Source of the DNA: Eledone cirrhosa | Taxonomy: Eukaryota | Length of the DNA stretch: 64,000 nucleotides | Assembly: GCA_964016885.1 (NCBI GenBank) | Contig: OZ024747.1 | Coordinates: 71,548,001-71,612,000, forward strand | Reading direction: 5' to 3' | In this document: positions 28,009 through 45,316 of the stretch, piece by piece | How positions within the stretch are numbered: the stretch's first letter is position 1 | Layout of the letters: every line of letters starts with the position of its first letter | Notes under the pieces: model-generated | What the model saw: the letters and a program-made list of their open reading frames with translations, nothing else | Databases searched by the model: none | What the model was told of the DNA's origin: nothing | Position numbers and translations under genes: made by a program

Positions 28009-28130
28009 GTATATATACGTATTTATAAGTATATATATATATATATATATATATATCCATACATATATAGATATATATATACATATATATATACATATAC
28101 ATATACATATATATATACATATATATATAC

Positions 28131-28161
<31 letters not shown>

Positions 28162-28163
28162 CA

Positions 28164-28453
28164 TGCAAAAGTTTTATTTAAAATTGTTGGGTTACAACGA
28201 GTAAATAATTTTATAACTGATATAAAAGCACTCAACAGGTTTTGGAGTAGGTTTACCAAATCAACTTTTTAAATGGAAGTTGCACTGTTTTAGGTATGTC
28301 AAATTTATTTATAAAACGCTTTATTTATAAAACGGTTTATATATTGTATTTTGTCTGAGGAAGGCATAACATATTTTTAATATGATATCCCTGAAATATA
28401 TATAATGAAATAAATATGATTTTATAAATATAGTTTCCATTTGTTTAATATCG
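28164..28453. mobile_element. PLE family A fragment pair: inverted tail joined to an HHR-bearing short end (HHR 28347-28412, +)
   Basis: Left part is the reverse complement of the family A tail; right part has CTGAGGA..GAAATATATATAATGAAATA and ends at AATATCG|(TA)n. Confidence 0.8.
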
Positions 28454-28484
<31 letters not shown>

Positions 28485-28528
28485 TTATACATATATACAT
28501 ATATATACATATATACATATATATATAC

Positions 28529-28559
<31 letters not shown>

Positions 28560-28653
28560 CATATATATACATATATACATATATACATATATATATATAC
28601 ATATGTATATATGTATATATATGTATATATATATCTGTGTATATTTATATATG

Positions 28654-28684
<31 letters not shown>

Positions 28685-28746
28685 ATATATTTATATATGT
28701 ATATATATATTTATATATATATATTTATATATGTATATAAATATAC

Positions 28747-28825
<79 letters not shown>

Positions 28826-29136
28826 AATAGATATAGATAGATATATATATAAATATATATATATACATATATAAATATATATATATAAATATATATATAC
28901 ATATATAAATATACACATATAAATATATATACATATATATACATATATATACATATATATATATATACATATGTATATATATATGTATATATGTATATAT
29001 ATATATATATATGTATATATATGTATATATATATATATGCATATATGTATATAAATATATATATATATATGCATATATATATATGTATATACATATATAT
29101 ATGAATATACTTATATATATGTATATATATTTTTTT

Positions 29137-29250
29137 GTGGCTGAGTGGTTAGAGAACTGGATTTGCAATTGTGAGGTTGTGAGTTCGATTCCTAAACCGG
29201 GCGATGCGTTATGTCCTTGAGCAAGACACTTTATTTCACGTTGCTCCTTC
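29137..29250 (+). mobile_element. tRNA-derived SINE head, second family
   Basis: TGGCTGAGTGG A box, GTTCGATTCC B box, followed by GTCCTTGAGCAAGACACTT. Confidence 0.75.
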
Positions 29251-29529
29251 TACCTGGAGTTGCGACCGCTAGATAGTATTAGCAATTGGAAAGACCAATG
29301 GAAACACTGTTTCCTCGGTCCGATTTGATGAAAGTCGATCGTTAGGAGAAAAAAAATGTATATATATATATATATATGTATATATGGATATATATATACA
29401 TATATATATATACGTATATATATATATATATATATATATAGATAGATAGATACATATATATATACATATATACATATATATACATATATACAAATATATA
29501 TATACATATGTATATATATATATGTATAA

Positions 29530-29561
<32 letters not shown>

Positions 29562-29750
29562 GTATATATATATATATGTGTATATTTATATATGTATAAA
29601 TATATATATACACATATATACGTATATATATGGAATCATATCCAATTCCTCAGAGAAATAACAACCCAACCAGGAGCTGGACATATCGGAATATTGACAA
29701 AGTTAAACACCTCAACAACATGTGTACTCGTCTCTACCACACTAATTCGG

Positions 29751-29805
29751 ACTGCCTGAAGAGGTCACAGCCAATGATGGCTGTCACCGAAATATATATA
29801 GCAGT
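29751..29805 (+). ncRNA. Minimal hammerhead ribozyme in a PLE 3'-end fragment (~29630-29956)
   Basis: ACTGC-CTGAAGA-GGTCACAGCCA ATGA TGGCTGTCACC-GAAA-TATATA-TA-GCAGT. Confidence 0.88.
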
Positions 29806-29954
29806 ACATCTTTCATAAACGAAGCCAAATTTTAAATATTTGACTTAATTACTTTAATTTACATTACTCTGAAGTAACAAAACCAACTGCGTACTTCGTC
29901 GAGTGCTCCAATTTGTATACTGATGTGTCGGTGAACAACCAACATATACTCAAA

Positions 29955-30007
<53 letters not shown>

Positions 30008-30096
30008 CATATATACATATATATATACATATATACATATACGTATATACATACATATATATATACGTATATACATACATATATATATATATATAC

Positions 30097-30155
<59 letters not shown>

Positions 30156-30223
30156 ATGCGTATATACATACATATATATATATGTATGTATATACGTATA
30201 TATATATATATGCATGTATATAC

Positions 30224-30292
<69 letters not shown>

Positions 30293-30363
30293 CTATTTTT
30301 GTAAAACTGAAGAAAGTAATAACATAAATATATATATACATATATATATGCATTTATGTATAT

Positions 30364-30397
<34 letters not shown>

Positions 30398-30826
30398 ACA
30401 TATAAATACATGTATACATACATATATATATACACGCAAACGTTAGCTTAATTCAATACATTTGTTTATTTACATCACCACCACCATCCCTGACAATGGC
30501 AGCCATACACAAACAAACAACAACTAGTTTATCACTAGTAACAAACAGCTAAGTGCCAAAAATACAGCTGAGAGCTATAAAAGTAACATTAACTGAAAGA
30601 GGAATCGCTAATTGTACAGCTTATTTCAGCCAGCCCAGCTCAACGCCATCACTTGATAGTGAGAAAATGGTCGACCATTTTAGTTATAAGACAACGAGAA
30701 ATTTTCACAGAAAAAATAGAAAAAATTATATAAAGGAAATGGAACGGAATCCGATAATAACAACAACAATATATATATATACACACACACACACACACGT
30801 GTATATATATACACACACACACACAC

Positions 30827-30862
<36 letters not shown>

Positions 30863-30900
30863 GTGTGTGTGTGTGTGTTATATATATATTATATACACAC

Positions 30901-30935
<35 letters not shown>

Positions 30936-30970
30936 CATATATATACACACATATATATATACATATACAT

Positions 30971-31005
<35 letters not shown>

Positions 31006-31204
31006 CAAACATACATGTGTGTGCCTGTGTCTTGGAGTGTGTGAGAGTATGTATGTAATCAAAAACTGTAAAACAAACAAAAAATTATTCCTTCCATGAA
31101 ATGAAGATGGCTGAAGAAAACTGGAGTGGAAAAAAATTTGCTAAAAATATACACCATTATAAACATTGTTTCAAATAAATGTTACATGCCCAAAGATATA
31201 ATGC

Positions 31205-31205
<1 letters not shown>

Positions 31206-31235
<30 letters not shown>

Positions 31236-31415
31236 TGTATGTATGTATGTATGTATGTATGTATGTATGTATGTATGTATGTGTGTGCTTTTGTATGTAT
31301 GTATGTATGTATGTATGTATCTATGTATGTATGTATGTATGTATGTATGTGTGTGTGTGCTTTTGTATGTATGTATCTATGTATGTATGTATCTATGTAT
31401 CTATGTATGTATGTA
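31206..31415. repeat. (TATG)n microsatellite
   Basis: Direct reading. Confidence 0.95.
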
Positions 31416-31756
31416 CGTATTGTATATATATGTATGTCTGTCATTCTAAGTAGTGTATGTATGAAAAGCATATGTTTTTATATGAAAGTGTGGGTCTGTA
31501 GGTTTGTAGATGAGAGTATATAGATGTGGCTAAATACATTTACATATATGCATATTATATACTAGTGAGGGTGTGTAAGTACGTGCGTACGTGTGTGCGC
31601 GGTTGTGTGAATGTATGTCTGCATGTATATATATATATGTGTGTGTGTGTGTGTATGTATATGCAAATTATATATATACATATATAAATATATATATACA
31701 TATATGTACACATATATGTACATATATATATATATATATGTATGTATATATATGTA

Positions 31757-31808
<52 letters not shown>

Positions 31809-31828
31809 TATACACATATATATATATG

Positions 31829-31899
<71 letters not shown>

Positions 31900-31974
31900 A
31901 TATGTATATATATATCTATATATAGAGAGATAGATATATACATATATATACACATATATATATATATATGTATG

Positions 31975-32028
<54 letters not shown>

Positions 32029-32273
32029 AGATAGACAGATAGATAGATAGATATGCATATATACACAAAAGCGGTAAGCTAGATGGTGGTGAGGGTGTAT
32101 TATGTGTATATAGTGCAGTGTGAAATAAACACACTACAAGCGTGTTTCCAATATCAGTAAAATAGTGGAGGAGATGCTATTAAACTACATTAAGACAAAA
32201 GTAAATCTCCAACTTACTCTCAACAATAGCTTTGTCAGTATTATTACCAGCCTGCAGCAGTCTCTTCATTGTG

Positions 32274-32383
<110 letters not shown>

Positions 32384-32391
32384 CGTGTGTA

Positions 32392-32479
<88 letters not shown>

Positions 32480-32483
<4 letters not shown>

Positions 32484-33028
32484 AAAGTTATATTTAAATT
32501 GTTGGGATACAACAAGCAAATATTTTAATAACTGATATAAAGCACTCAACAAGTATTTGGAGTAAACATATGATATTAACAAATGGAAACTATATTTATA
32601 AAACCATATTTATTTTATTATACATATTTCAAGGACACCAAATCAAATTATGGTGCGCTTTCATCAGATAAAATATAATATAGATCAGTTTTATAAGCAA
32701 ATATTGACATACCCTTAAAGAATGCGACCAATAATAAAATTAGTAGCCCCACTATCCGGGAGCTTCCAACCGACATGGTCGCATTCTTTAAGGCTATGTC
32801 AATATTTGTTTATAAAACTGATCTATATTATATTTTATCTGATGAAAGCGCACCATTATTTGCTTTGGTGTCCTTGAAATATGTATAATGAAATAAATAT
32901 GGTTTTATAAATATAGTTTCCATTTGTTAATATATTGTATTTTTACTCCAAAAATTTGTTGAGTGCTTTACATCAGTTATAAAAATATTTGCTTGTTGTA
33001 TCCCAACAAATTAAATATAACCTCTACA
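32480..33028. mobile_element. PLE family A hairpin with tails on both arms; HHR at 32831-32895 (+) and mirror copy
   Basis: Arms ~32480-32730 / 32776-33028; CTGATGAAAGCGCACCA..TGGTGTCCTTGAAATATGTATAATGAAATA. Confidence 0.85.
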
Positions 33029-33658
33029 TATATTTATATATATATATGTATATTTATATATATAAATATATATATATGTAATATATATTTATATAATGTA
33101 TATATATATATATACATATATATGAAACAAATTCATATATATGTGTATATACAAAGATTATTTGGCTGGTCACAGCAGCTGGTTGTGCAAAGAGATATAT
33201 AAATGTCAAAATGTGTTTACGTACGTATGTATAAATGGGTCTCTACATATGTGTATGTGTGGTCACGTGTTAGTATGTATGTTCAAGTGTGTGTATACCT
33301 ACATATATATATATAAGTGTGTGTGTGTGTGTGTGTGTGTATTCATAGAGAAACACATACACATTTAACTATATATAAGTGTGTGTGTGAAATATGAAAT
33401 GTAGATTTCCCAATACGAATGGCCCAAATAATAATAACCGATCACAAAGAAAAGAGGACAGAGGTGCCTCTGAAGAATTGAACGCCAGATCTCTTGGATG
33501 CCTGACGAGTGCGTTAAACACGAGGCTAAAGAGCCGCTGGCCACCAATTCCGTTTTTTTAGAAGATTTTAAGCCTATACCTAGAAGCTTCAACAAAAAGT
33601 GTGACACCTCTAGCTACAGGATTAAGATATCCTAAAAAGACTGCAATTAGTGGCTAGC

Positions 33659-33729
33659 GGCTTATTAGTATAGTGGTTAACTCCCTCGCCTAGGATTCTA
33701 GAGGTGTGGGATTCGATCCCTCACTGACT
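33659..33729 (+). pseudogene. tRNA-like sequence (pseudo-tRNA or SINE-type head)
   Basis: TAGTATAGTGG A box and GGGATTCGATCCC T-arm/B box at tRNA spacing; acceptor and anticodon stems imperfect. Confidence 0.5.
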
Positions 33730-34479
33730 CCTATGTCTACATTTTTCAGTTTTCAAGGGTAATTTACATGATTCTCTCGACTATCATTTATCGTGATCGA
33801 CTATAATCATGGATATTTGCTTTGGGACGCACACGTGTTTAAAAATGTGTTCTTCTTCTTCTCGCTCGAGAAAGAAGCCCCGTGAGATGGAATGGCTGAT
33901 GTAGTGGGTGTTTCTGTCTGTTCTCCATAAAGTACATCTTCCTACAATAAAAGTGGTAGTAAATGTCAACAGTCTCATCTTCCTGATGATGAGACTGTAA
34001 ACATCTAGAAACGTTGATTAAATTATGGGTTCATGAACTTTGTTGATCCAAACAAACTGGTTATTACAATTTAACTTCCCATGTACTGCTGTAGAAGTTT
34101 ATGAAGTTCACTAGACCGTTAGGATTTATTATATATTTTCTAGATATCTTTGTTTACTAAAAGAAATAAAGTATTTGACTAGAAGATAAGGTCCTTGATA
34201 GACTGAGATCGTTTGAATAGATTCAGTTCCTTGTTGTAACTATCTTAATCCACCTTTGGGGAAAATATAAAATACGACATAGTAATGCAGTCAAATTACC
34301 CTCAAATCATACCCCAAACATCTTTTTTAAAAGGGGAGAAACATATTTAATAACATAGACGCCGATACACTGCTTGAAATAAAGACGGTATTATCACAAC
34401 TGGTGTGCTTTTGGTCATAAGCTTGCTCATTGAAAGTCCTCCTGGAACTAAATAACAACATGAAACACGCAAAACGTTT

Positions 34480-35599
34480 TATTAAAATGTTCCGAAAATA
34501 ATGCCGCTTTTATGTTTTAGTTTTAATATTTCTCAAGAAAAAATCTCGCGGAAGATGCATAAAATTATGTATCACTTTAAAACTTATTTTATGCTCTTTC
34601 TTTCTGTTTTTAAAGTAAATTGCATTTTTATCACTTTCCAGATATTTGAAGTTAAGGATTTTCTCCAAATTTATTTCTATGAGTTTAAACTCTGTCGTAG
34701 TGTAATACAAACGGTTAGAAACATCAATAAAGTTTGGGGCCAAGGAAGTGTTAATGGATGCATAGTGCAATGTTGATTGAAATATTTCTGTCGTGGTGAA
34801 TTCAGTCTTGAAGATAAAAGAGGTTGCATAAATCCTTCTGTCATTGCAGACGATGAATTGAAGGCTTGCATGAGAGCTAGATGTAAGCAATGGAACAATT
34901 TCTGAATAGTTGATCTGAATTAGAAAGTCAAACCGGCTTGAAAAATGGGTACCATACGAATTGAACGAAAATCAGAAAAATTGGTGCAACAAAACGACCC
35001 TCTACAACAGACGGCGTTCGGTACAATGGTTAGACCGAGATTTCACCAAAAGGAGGTAATAGTCATTGTTTGGTGATCCGAAGCCGGATTACTTAATTCA
35101 GCTTTCTAAATCTTCGTGAAACAATCATAGCAGAGAAGAATTATCCCGAAATCGATGACGTGCATCAAAAATTGCAGCAGTCTATATGCCTAGCATTGAT
35201 CAATAGAAAAGGTTCAATCCTCTTGCACGGCAGTGTTCGACCACACACCGCACCACCAACGCTCCAGATGCTGAACGAAATGGGCTACGAAACACTGCTT
35301 TATCCAGTATATTCATTGGATCTTTTACCAATTGGTTACAACTTCTTCAAACATTTCGGCAACGTCTTACAAGGAAAAGTCTTCAACAACCAAACAGCCG
35401 CTAGAAAGTGCCTTCGAATTATTCCTCCAGAACTCCAGAATTCTATGTTGCTGGAATAAATAAAGTTGTACAATGTTGGCAAAAATATTGAAATTCTAAT
35501 GGTTTTTATTTAGAGACGAATAAAGTCCATTCTGCACTGAGATATGTCGTTTTAGAATTAATGTATAAAAACGTGCATTAATTTCTTAGCAACCCGATA
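34480..35599 (+). mobile_element. Decayed mariner DNA transposon
   Basis: FYEFKL..RNINKVWG N-terminus, WVPYELN-like segment, ILLH..RPH and YSLDLLPIGYNFF (YSPDLAP-DY motif); right TIR-like AAAAACGTGCATTAATTTCTTAGCAACCCGATA; stops and deletions. Confidence 0.88.
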
Positions 35600-36058
35600 C
35601 ATTCATTCTCTGAAATATATAACCCTGGTAATTCATTTATCGTAATCCATTATATAGTGAACAAAAAAAAAAGTAATAATAATAACTTCAAGAACTATTC
35701 AGTAGCTTTCATTTACAAACATCTAACTATGTTACCACCAAACCAACTTCAATCTTTTATTTTCTCTCTAGCAGTATCACTTGTTTCTAAAATTCCACCA
35801 AAATCTATTTACCAATTTTTCAGCTTACACACCAGTGTGAATCATGTCTCAGAGAAATACGTTAGCCGTTTCCCAAAAGAATAGTAAAACACGTCTTAAT
35901 TAAAATACTTTTTCTCTCGCGAATATTCGCCTCGAGATATATCAATATCGAATGATAGAAAACTGAATGTACATATTTTTCTTTACTAGTTCTTTCCCTT
36001 TCCCTTCATTCATTTTCCTCTTTCACGATCCTTCTCTGACCTTTCTATTTGACTCTTT

Positions 36059-36090
<32 letters not shown>

Positions 36091-36266
36091 CCTTCTCGGT
36101 ATCTCTCTTTCTCTTCTCTCTCTAACTTAGCTTCGTGTCCACTGTCCAGCTATGACACTCGTCTTCTCACCCTTAATAGATTGCCAGACTTGACTTGACA
36201 GACAGAAGGGTGGATTAATAGATAGAGAGAAAGAAAGAGAGATGGGGAGAGAGATAGAGAGTGTTT

Positions 36267-36805
<539 letters not shown>

Positions 36806-39800
36806 GTTTTATGTATCTTTCACTCTTAACTAACAATGACTTCTCGAGTTTTTAATAAATGTCGACCAATTTTAATTTCTAGTTTCGATAACTGGCGAAA
36901 ATTCTTAGCTTTGACTCGGATTTCTAATAACATTTCACTTCTTTAAGCAATTCAAAGAAAGAAGTACTTGTCACAAAGAAGACATTCTGTATAAACTTGG
37001 ATATGAAAGACCCTACAAATTGCCATCTGCCTCAATCTTGTTCGAATTCATGAGAATGCTGCTGGCGTATTTTGTCAGTCAAGCACAACACAAAATCATA
37101 TTTGTATTTCTTTCTTTTTTTAACAAGAAAACAATATTCGATTTACTTCCTACGATTTTCTTCCCTTTCCTAGTCCTGTATTATTGAAACTGAATCGAGT
37201 TCTTAAGAAAATGCAACTTTTTCTATAAAGAGATGTATTTTTGTTGAGAATGGTGAATTTGCTCCCGGCATTTCAGTTTTACCAATAAAGTCTGTAGCTA
37301 TCGTATATGTTATAGTTTCATTTATTTCATGTTTTTATTGGTAGAATGTTGGAGTTTCCATTTGCACATTACTAATTACCAATCTGTAACAGTCGCTCCA
37401 CGTGTATGTGTGTGTATTTTTCCGACTGATTTTCCCCGATATTCGCTTTTGTTTGTCTTGTCAGTTTCCTTTAACCGGCTTGGAGATATTGGTAAAAGAA
37501 AGAAAAACGACTACTGTTAGATAAAGTAACAAGTAGAAGTAGCTAAAGGATTTTACACAAAGGCACTAAAACTAATACAACGTGGACAAGACTGCTATTG
37601 CCTCAAGGATCCCCTAACAAGGTCTGTGAAGCAAACTAATTTTTATTTTCGCATTCCCAGTGAGCATTCTGTCTATGACAGGGAACGAACCCCTAGCCAA
37701 TTGAATGTCTTCAGATTGAACGTTAATGTGAATTATGTTGTAGTTGACATTATGTTGTTTGTTTTTTATCTCGAATATAGATTATAATATTCGTACAACA
37801 CAGAGCAGTGGTGAGTTTCTAATTTCGATTCCCGGCAGGAGCAGCTACTCATTACTTACGCCTCATGTGCTAAGTGTTCGCTTTTCTGGACATGAATGTG
37901 CTCAGCCAGGTTAGTTTGACCTTAGAGATCTACGTAAGGACGGACTCTTCAATTTTGCCTCAAATGAGATGGACAGCCGAAGGACTTCAGAGAACAAACC
38001 TCCTTCAAGCAAGTATTTCTGTCTTAACTTCTAATATTATAGTTTACAATATTCAGTGTTTTAACTATAACGGAGTAAAATATTTTAACTCTGTGGAATG
38101 AGAAAGCACTTACAGGTTATAATAATCATCCGAATTATACGTTCTTAGTTTAAATCATCCTTGTCAACATTGCATTTTATCTATCAATAGGACGATGTAA
38201 TACGTACCATTCACATACTTAAGAAGAGGATTTACATTCTGGATTTATGGGTCTTTTGAATAATGAATTTGTGGATATTCAACACAAAGAAATATTTTAA
38301 ACTCTGACCAGCTCGTAGATTGCAGGTAGACGATTTTACAGTTAGTTTTGATTTTATGCAATTTGTAAATAATAATAATTGTTTCTACCAGCAATAATTG
38401 TTTCTACCAGCAATTTGAAGGAGAAGAGGAAAATTAGATTAAATCGATCACAATGCGTTACTCGACCGCAAAAGGAGCAAGGATAAAGTTGATTTCAATG
38501 AGATCTGAACCTAGGCTCAGATTTAAAAGGGAAGTTTATAAATGTATTTAATCAACTTGTGTATATTTCTGGCATTTAATTTATCGACCATGAAGTCATG
38601 AAGAGAAAGTCGAGTGTCGCAAGTATTGTCGTAGAATGGAGATGGATGAAACATGTAAATTACGAAATGACAGAGTCATTAGAACACCAGACTAGATACC
38701 TCGCGGTATTTGTTCAGGCTCTTTCCGTTCTGAGTTATTGGGTGGCACGCTTAATCTGCCAGCTGGTTTAATACCATTAACGTTTTACTTTACTGCAAGC
38801 ATTTGGAGCAGATCTCCGGTTTAGGATAACTTGCTCCTTTCCTTCTATTAGTCTCAATAGCACTGAAAGAATAAAGCGCCTTCAGCGTTGTCAATATCTC
38901 CCTGGACTAAACAGTAAGAATATATTCTAAGAGATTTAAAGTGAAGTGTAAAATATAAGGAAAAACTAGTTTTGGTTTACATCGGCAATTATTGAGCTTT
39001 AGCCACAAGGAAGAACATCTAAAACTTTTTACTAATCCTTTCTCGGGAGAGAGTCGTTTTCTGGTGAAGAGCCCTATATTCCGAAATATAGGACTTTCCT
39101 TCTTCCTAGCGGCAAACCAGTTGATTCCACTTGTGAATTGTTTTTGTCTTTTCACGAGAAATAATTATTATTGGTTCGGTGACTGAACCACTCATTTATA
39201 CAGACGGTTAATGAAATTGTGCATTTCCTATCGGCAGTATTGGCCCCGATTTGGAATGGAAACCAGAATGCAATACTGTTTAATTTTTAGGAGAGGGGTG
39301 GGTAAATAAACTGTTGTGAATTTTATACTTTTCTCAAGCACATTATTAGCGTAAGTAAATTGAAATTGCACCAGGCTGTGATTGAACCGTTTTACAGTCA
39401 CGTCTGGCTGGAAGATTGCCTCTTGCCCCGCGACATCGCCACCATATTGGAATTTCTTAGTTATATTTCATTGACTGACTGCGTTCGATTACTCCCTGTT
39501 CTACATAGGTAATATTAGTAAACAGAGAATAAAGGAATAGAATTGTATTATGAACCTAACCACTGACTCAGCAACATAGGAAGAAATTTTCTTGCTTTAT
39601 GAATCATTCAGATACAAATTAGAGATATACAAACATCCGGCCGACAGTTTTTCAATATAGGTTCAATAAAAATGTCCAAGAGAAAATGATAAAACTTGAA
39701 AAAAAAAAGAAGAAACTATTGGAGTTAAAAGATATATGAGAGAAGAAAATCTAATGGAAGTAAAAGATAAAGTAGAGATTCTGGAGTATTTCTTACTATC

Positions 39801-41259
39801 ACAAAGCATTCCGGAAACAACCTAGTTATCGCTTCTGTTCTTCAGCTTTCTTACTTCAAACTCTTCACGGCTTTTCAGATTCGCTTTTTCTACTTTCTTT
39901 TTATTCTAGTAACAAAAGCAGGCTCATTCATTAGAATGTCAGATAAAACTAAATAGAAAGAAAGAAGAAAAAATGCGATAGATATTGGTGGAACTGATAA
40001 AATATTGGAGTGATAACAAAATAAATGTGTTGTGAAATATACTAGTTTATAATTGCAGAGACTGAAGGAAAAGTTTGGCTAGTGAGAAAGAAACAAAAGG
40101 GAGAAATGTTGATTATTTTATCAATGGAAAAATTTTGACAACACTACATGCTGGCTTCATACTGAAGAGTGAATTATGTTGCACGTATTCTTAATTTTAT
40201 CTACGATATTCTTTCTCGCTCGTAGTCTTATCAACACTGAATTAAATCTATCTACTCTCAAAGCTGGTGTGCTGGCTCTTTTCAGAGCGAGATATGACAC
40301 ATATTTTAAGAAAATTCTTTCTCCGTTTGTACTGATGCTGCAGTTGTACAAATAGGTTTGTTCTAAGTAAATATCTGAAGCCAAAAATTTATATCGAACA
40401 GAATCCAAGAAAGAACTGACCATATTGACAGCTTGCAAAAATACTAACTACTAGCTTCAAACTGCATAGTACTACCACTATTGCAGACTTATTATATACA
40501 ATTTTTGACTACTACAGTAAAATATTCCAGTAAAGCAAATAATACAAGCTGGCGAAATCTAAGCAATTTGCATGAATAAAAAAAATTAGTTGACAAGAAA
40601 ATAATGTCAATATAGTTTCTTATAAGAATAATTATAACCAGAAAATACCCTAAAATCTGTTCTGAAATGTCCGTTTGATGGGTTCAAAAGTTGCTATAGC
40701 TAGAAGTAAAATTCTTCATATTCGCATTTAAATATGACAGTTTTCGGCATCTCTTCTAATTATTCTTTGGTTTTACTCTGAAAACTACGAAGATTGCTTG
40801 AAAGCTGTAAAATAGAACAAAGCAGTGGGAAAGCTAGAAAATATATATTTCATGGTCGGAAATGAAAACAGTGGATTTAACTGAGCCGGATGTGAGATGT
40901 TGATTCAGTTCACATAGTAGCCCTCTTTCTCTGTTCTGGGTCACTGTAATATAGACTCTCTCTCTCTTACTCTCTCTTACTCTCTCTCTTTCTCTCTCTC
41001 TCACACACACACACACACTCCCTCTCTCTCTCTTTCTTATACACACATACCATCTCTCTCTCTTTCTCATACACACACACCCTCTCTCTCTCTCTCTCTC
41101 TCTCACGCACACACCCTCTCACTCTCTCTCTCTCTCTCACACACACACACCCTCTCACTCTCTCTCTCTCTCTCTCACACACACATACGCACACTCTCTC
41201 ACTCTCTCTCTCTCCCACACACACACACACTCTCACACACACACACACACTCTCTCACT

Positions 41260-41305
<46 letters not shown>

Positions 41306-41775
41306 CTCTCTCTCTCTCTCTTCCACCCAAACATACGTTGGCTGAAACATCCCTCCCTTTCTATCATTCTCTCTCCTTTTTTCGCTCTCATTAAATATCT
41401 ATTTCGGTCAAGTAGAAGTTAGTCCAAAGAAGGGGAAGAGCAGGGTTCGAAACTGTTTACCGACCAGTCATTCATATCTTTTAGTTAGTGTTATATATGT
41501 GTCTGCAATCTGTGTCTATGTTGCTATACGTGTACGTGTCTATTTACTATATGTCTATATGCCTATGTATGTTTGCCTGTGTGTTTGTTTGAGTTTCTAA
41601 CTGTATGTGCGTTTGTGGGTCTATACTTGCGCATGTATTTTATGTGTGTGGATGTGTTTTTATGTGTATCTGTGTATGTCTACGTCTTTGTGTGTATGTA
41701 TTTGTGTGAGAGTTTGAGTACGTATTTTTAAGTGATTGTATATATATATATATTTATATGTATGATTGTTGTATC

Positions 41776-41865
<90 letters not shown>

Positions 41866-42199
41866 CGTGCGTGCGCGCGTGTGTGTGTGTCTATATTTCT
41901 ATGTAGTGTGTATATGCGTATGCGTGTCTTTGTGTGTGCTTGTGTGTAAACAATATGAACGCTGCAGTATGATTTAACGGTGAAGATATTTGCTTCGCAA
42001 TCTTAAAGTCCCGGGTTCAATCCTGTTGCTAAGCATCTTGATCAAGAAACTTTTACTGCAGCCTCTACTTGTTCCAAGCCTTCTGAGTTAAACTCGGTAG
42101 ATAGAAACTGCATAGAAGCCTGTCGGGGTTATATATATATATTGCCAAATATACTATATATACATTCATATATACATCGCTATTTCAGAGCACCAATTC

Positions 42200-42266
<67 letters not shown>

Positions 42267-42274
42267 GGGGGGGG

Positions 42275-42303
<29 letters not shown>

Positions 42304-42309
<6 letters not shown>

Positions 42310-42497
42310 ATACTTGGGGGTGGGGTCATGCTGCCAATAAAAAAAAACGCACCTGTTGGATATTTAGAATAAATTGAAGTGAAAACCAACGGGTGCGTAT
42401 GTTTTTGTTGGCAGCATGACCCTCCCAAAGTATAACAATATCTGTTTCAACACACGTTTTCAAATGAGAAATCTTGCAACACAAATTCAAAAACGAA

Positions 42498-42498
<1 letters not shown>
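42304..42498. mobile_element. PLE family B-related mini-hairpin with one-sided tail
   Basis: ATTGTTATACTTGGG.. inverted against ..CCCAAAGTATAACAAT plus tail; related ends at 20560-20750 and 42550-42690. Confidence 0.75.
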
Positions 42499-42555
<57 letters not shown>

Positions 42556-42687
42556 ATACTTGGGGAGGGTCATATTGTTATAATATTGCCATAAATAATA
42601 ACACAACACACTCACTGTTTCGTTTGGGTTGTTTTTCGCTTCTGTATCTTTTATATCTCCATAGTTAATTTATTTGGCAATCAATGG

Positions 42688-42834
<147 letters not shown>

Positions 42835-42844
42835 TATATATATA

Positions 42845-43529
42845 CTAGCTAAACTACCCGTCCTTTGGACGGTTCAAGTAGCTTTCGATGTAGCTCATTA
42901 AACTAAACAAAGTAAATTTGAATACATAGAAGAAAAACGTACTTTATGTAAACATGAAATAATTAATATGTGAGCTCGGTGTCTTTTTTGACAACAGTAA
43001 AAGCGCATCATGAAATAGAGAAGTGAAGTGAATAATAGACACTATTATGTACAAAGCATAATATTGTAAAAGTTATGACATCACTTAATGTATCAAGCTT
43101 GAAACGATAAATTATACAATGTCAAATCTATAACTTAACTTAGTAATCTGTTAAAAATTACTGGTTGTGAAATATATAAAATGATATTGTTAGTCTTAAG
43201 GAGGCGTACCATTTGTTTCAAGTACGAAGAGTAAATTAAAATCCGAATGAGCCGAATTACGAAAGATAATTCTTGTCTAACTTAAAGATAACTCTTGTCT
43301 TACTTAATCACGAAAATTCACAAAAATAACTGAAATTTTTTGATGTCTCCAAAGGCCCCAATATCGATTTTTGAAAGCCTTTGTAGATCATGTACAGGTT
43401 TTGTGCAAGGAGAAGCTCTGTAAAAAGTGTCAAAGAAATCGCATGAATGGTTTAGAATATATGAGTCCTCATTAAAAATTGTCCACCCACGCACATACAG
43501 AAAACTTCGCCTTTATATATATATACAGA
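42845..43529 (-). mobile_element. Non-autonomous Helitron-like element
   Basis: Minus strand starts A|TC, ends with hairpin CCGTCC-AAA-GGACGG about 10 nt before CTAG|T; no TSD. Confidence 0.65.
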
Positions 43530-43571
43530 TATATACATATATAGAGAGAGATATTTATAGATACACATATT

Positions 43572-44893
<1,322 letters not shown>

Positions 44894-44897
<4 letters not shown>

Positions 44898-45316
44898 GGA
44901 GGTGAGTTTTATTGTAGTACAATAAAGCAATGCAGATATCGGATAAGAAGCACTCTACAGTTTGTAGGACTGGAGTATACATAATATAAGATCAAAAGAT
45001 GGTTAAAGGAGTTCCATGTATTTTATTATGCGCATTTCAAAAACAAACATCATCATGCAATAATATTTGTGTTTTCATCAGATAAAACAGGAGAACATGA
45101 TATGAAGGCTAAAAAACACTTGTGGATAGTGCAGTTTTAAATCAACATATCATGATATGTTGATTTAAAACTGCACTATCCACAAGTGTTTTTTAGCCTT
45201 CATATCATGTTCTCCTGTTTTATCTGATGAAAACACAAATATTATTGCATGATGATGTTTGTTTTTGAAATGCGCATAATAAAATACATGGAACTCCTTT
45301 AACCATCTTTTGATCT

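Noticed and set aside
36840-40920. Possible host exons in the least repetitive stretch (ORFs 38907..39155, 40157..40438)
   Set aside because: No recognisable protein motif or defensible splice structure; short exons cannot be excluded without RNA-seq
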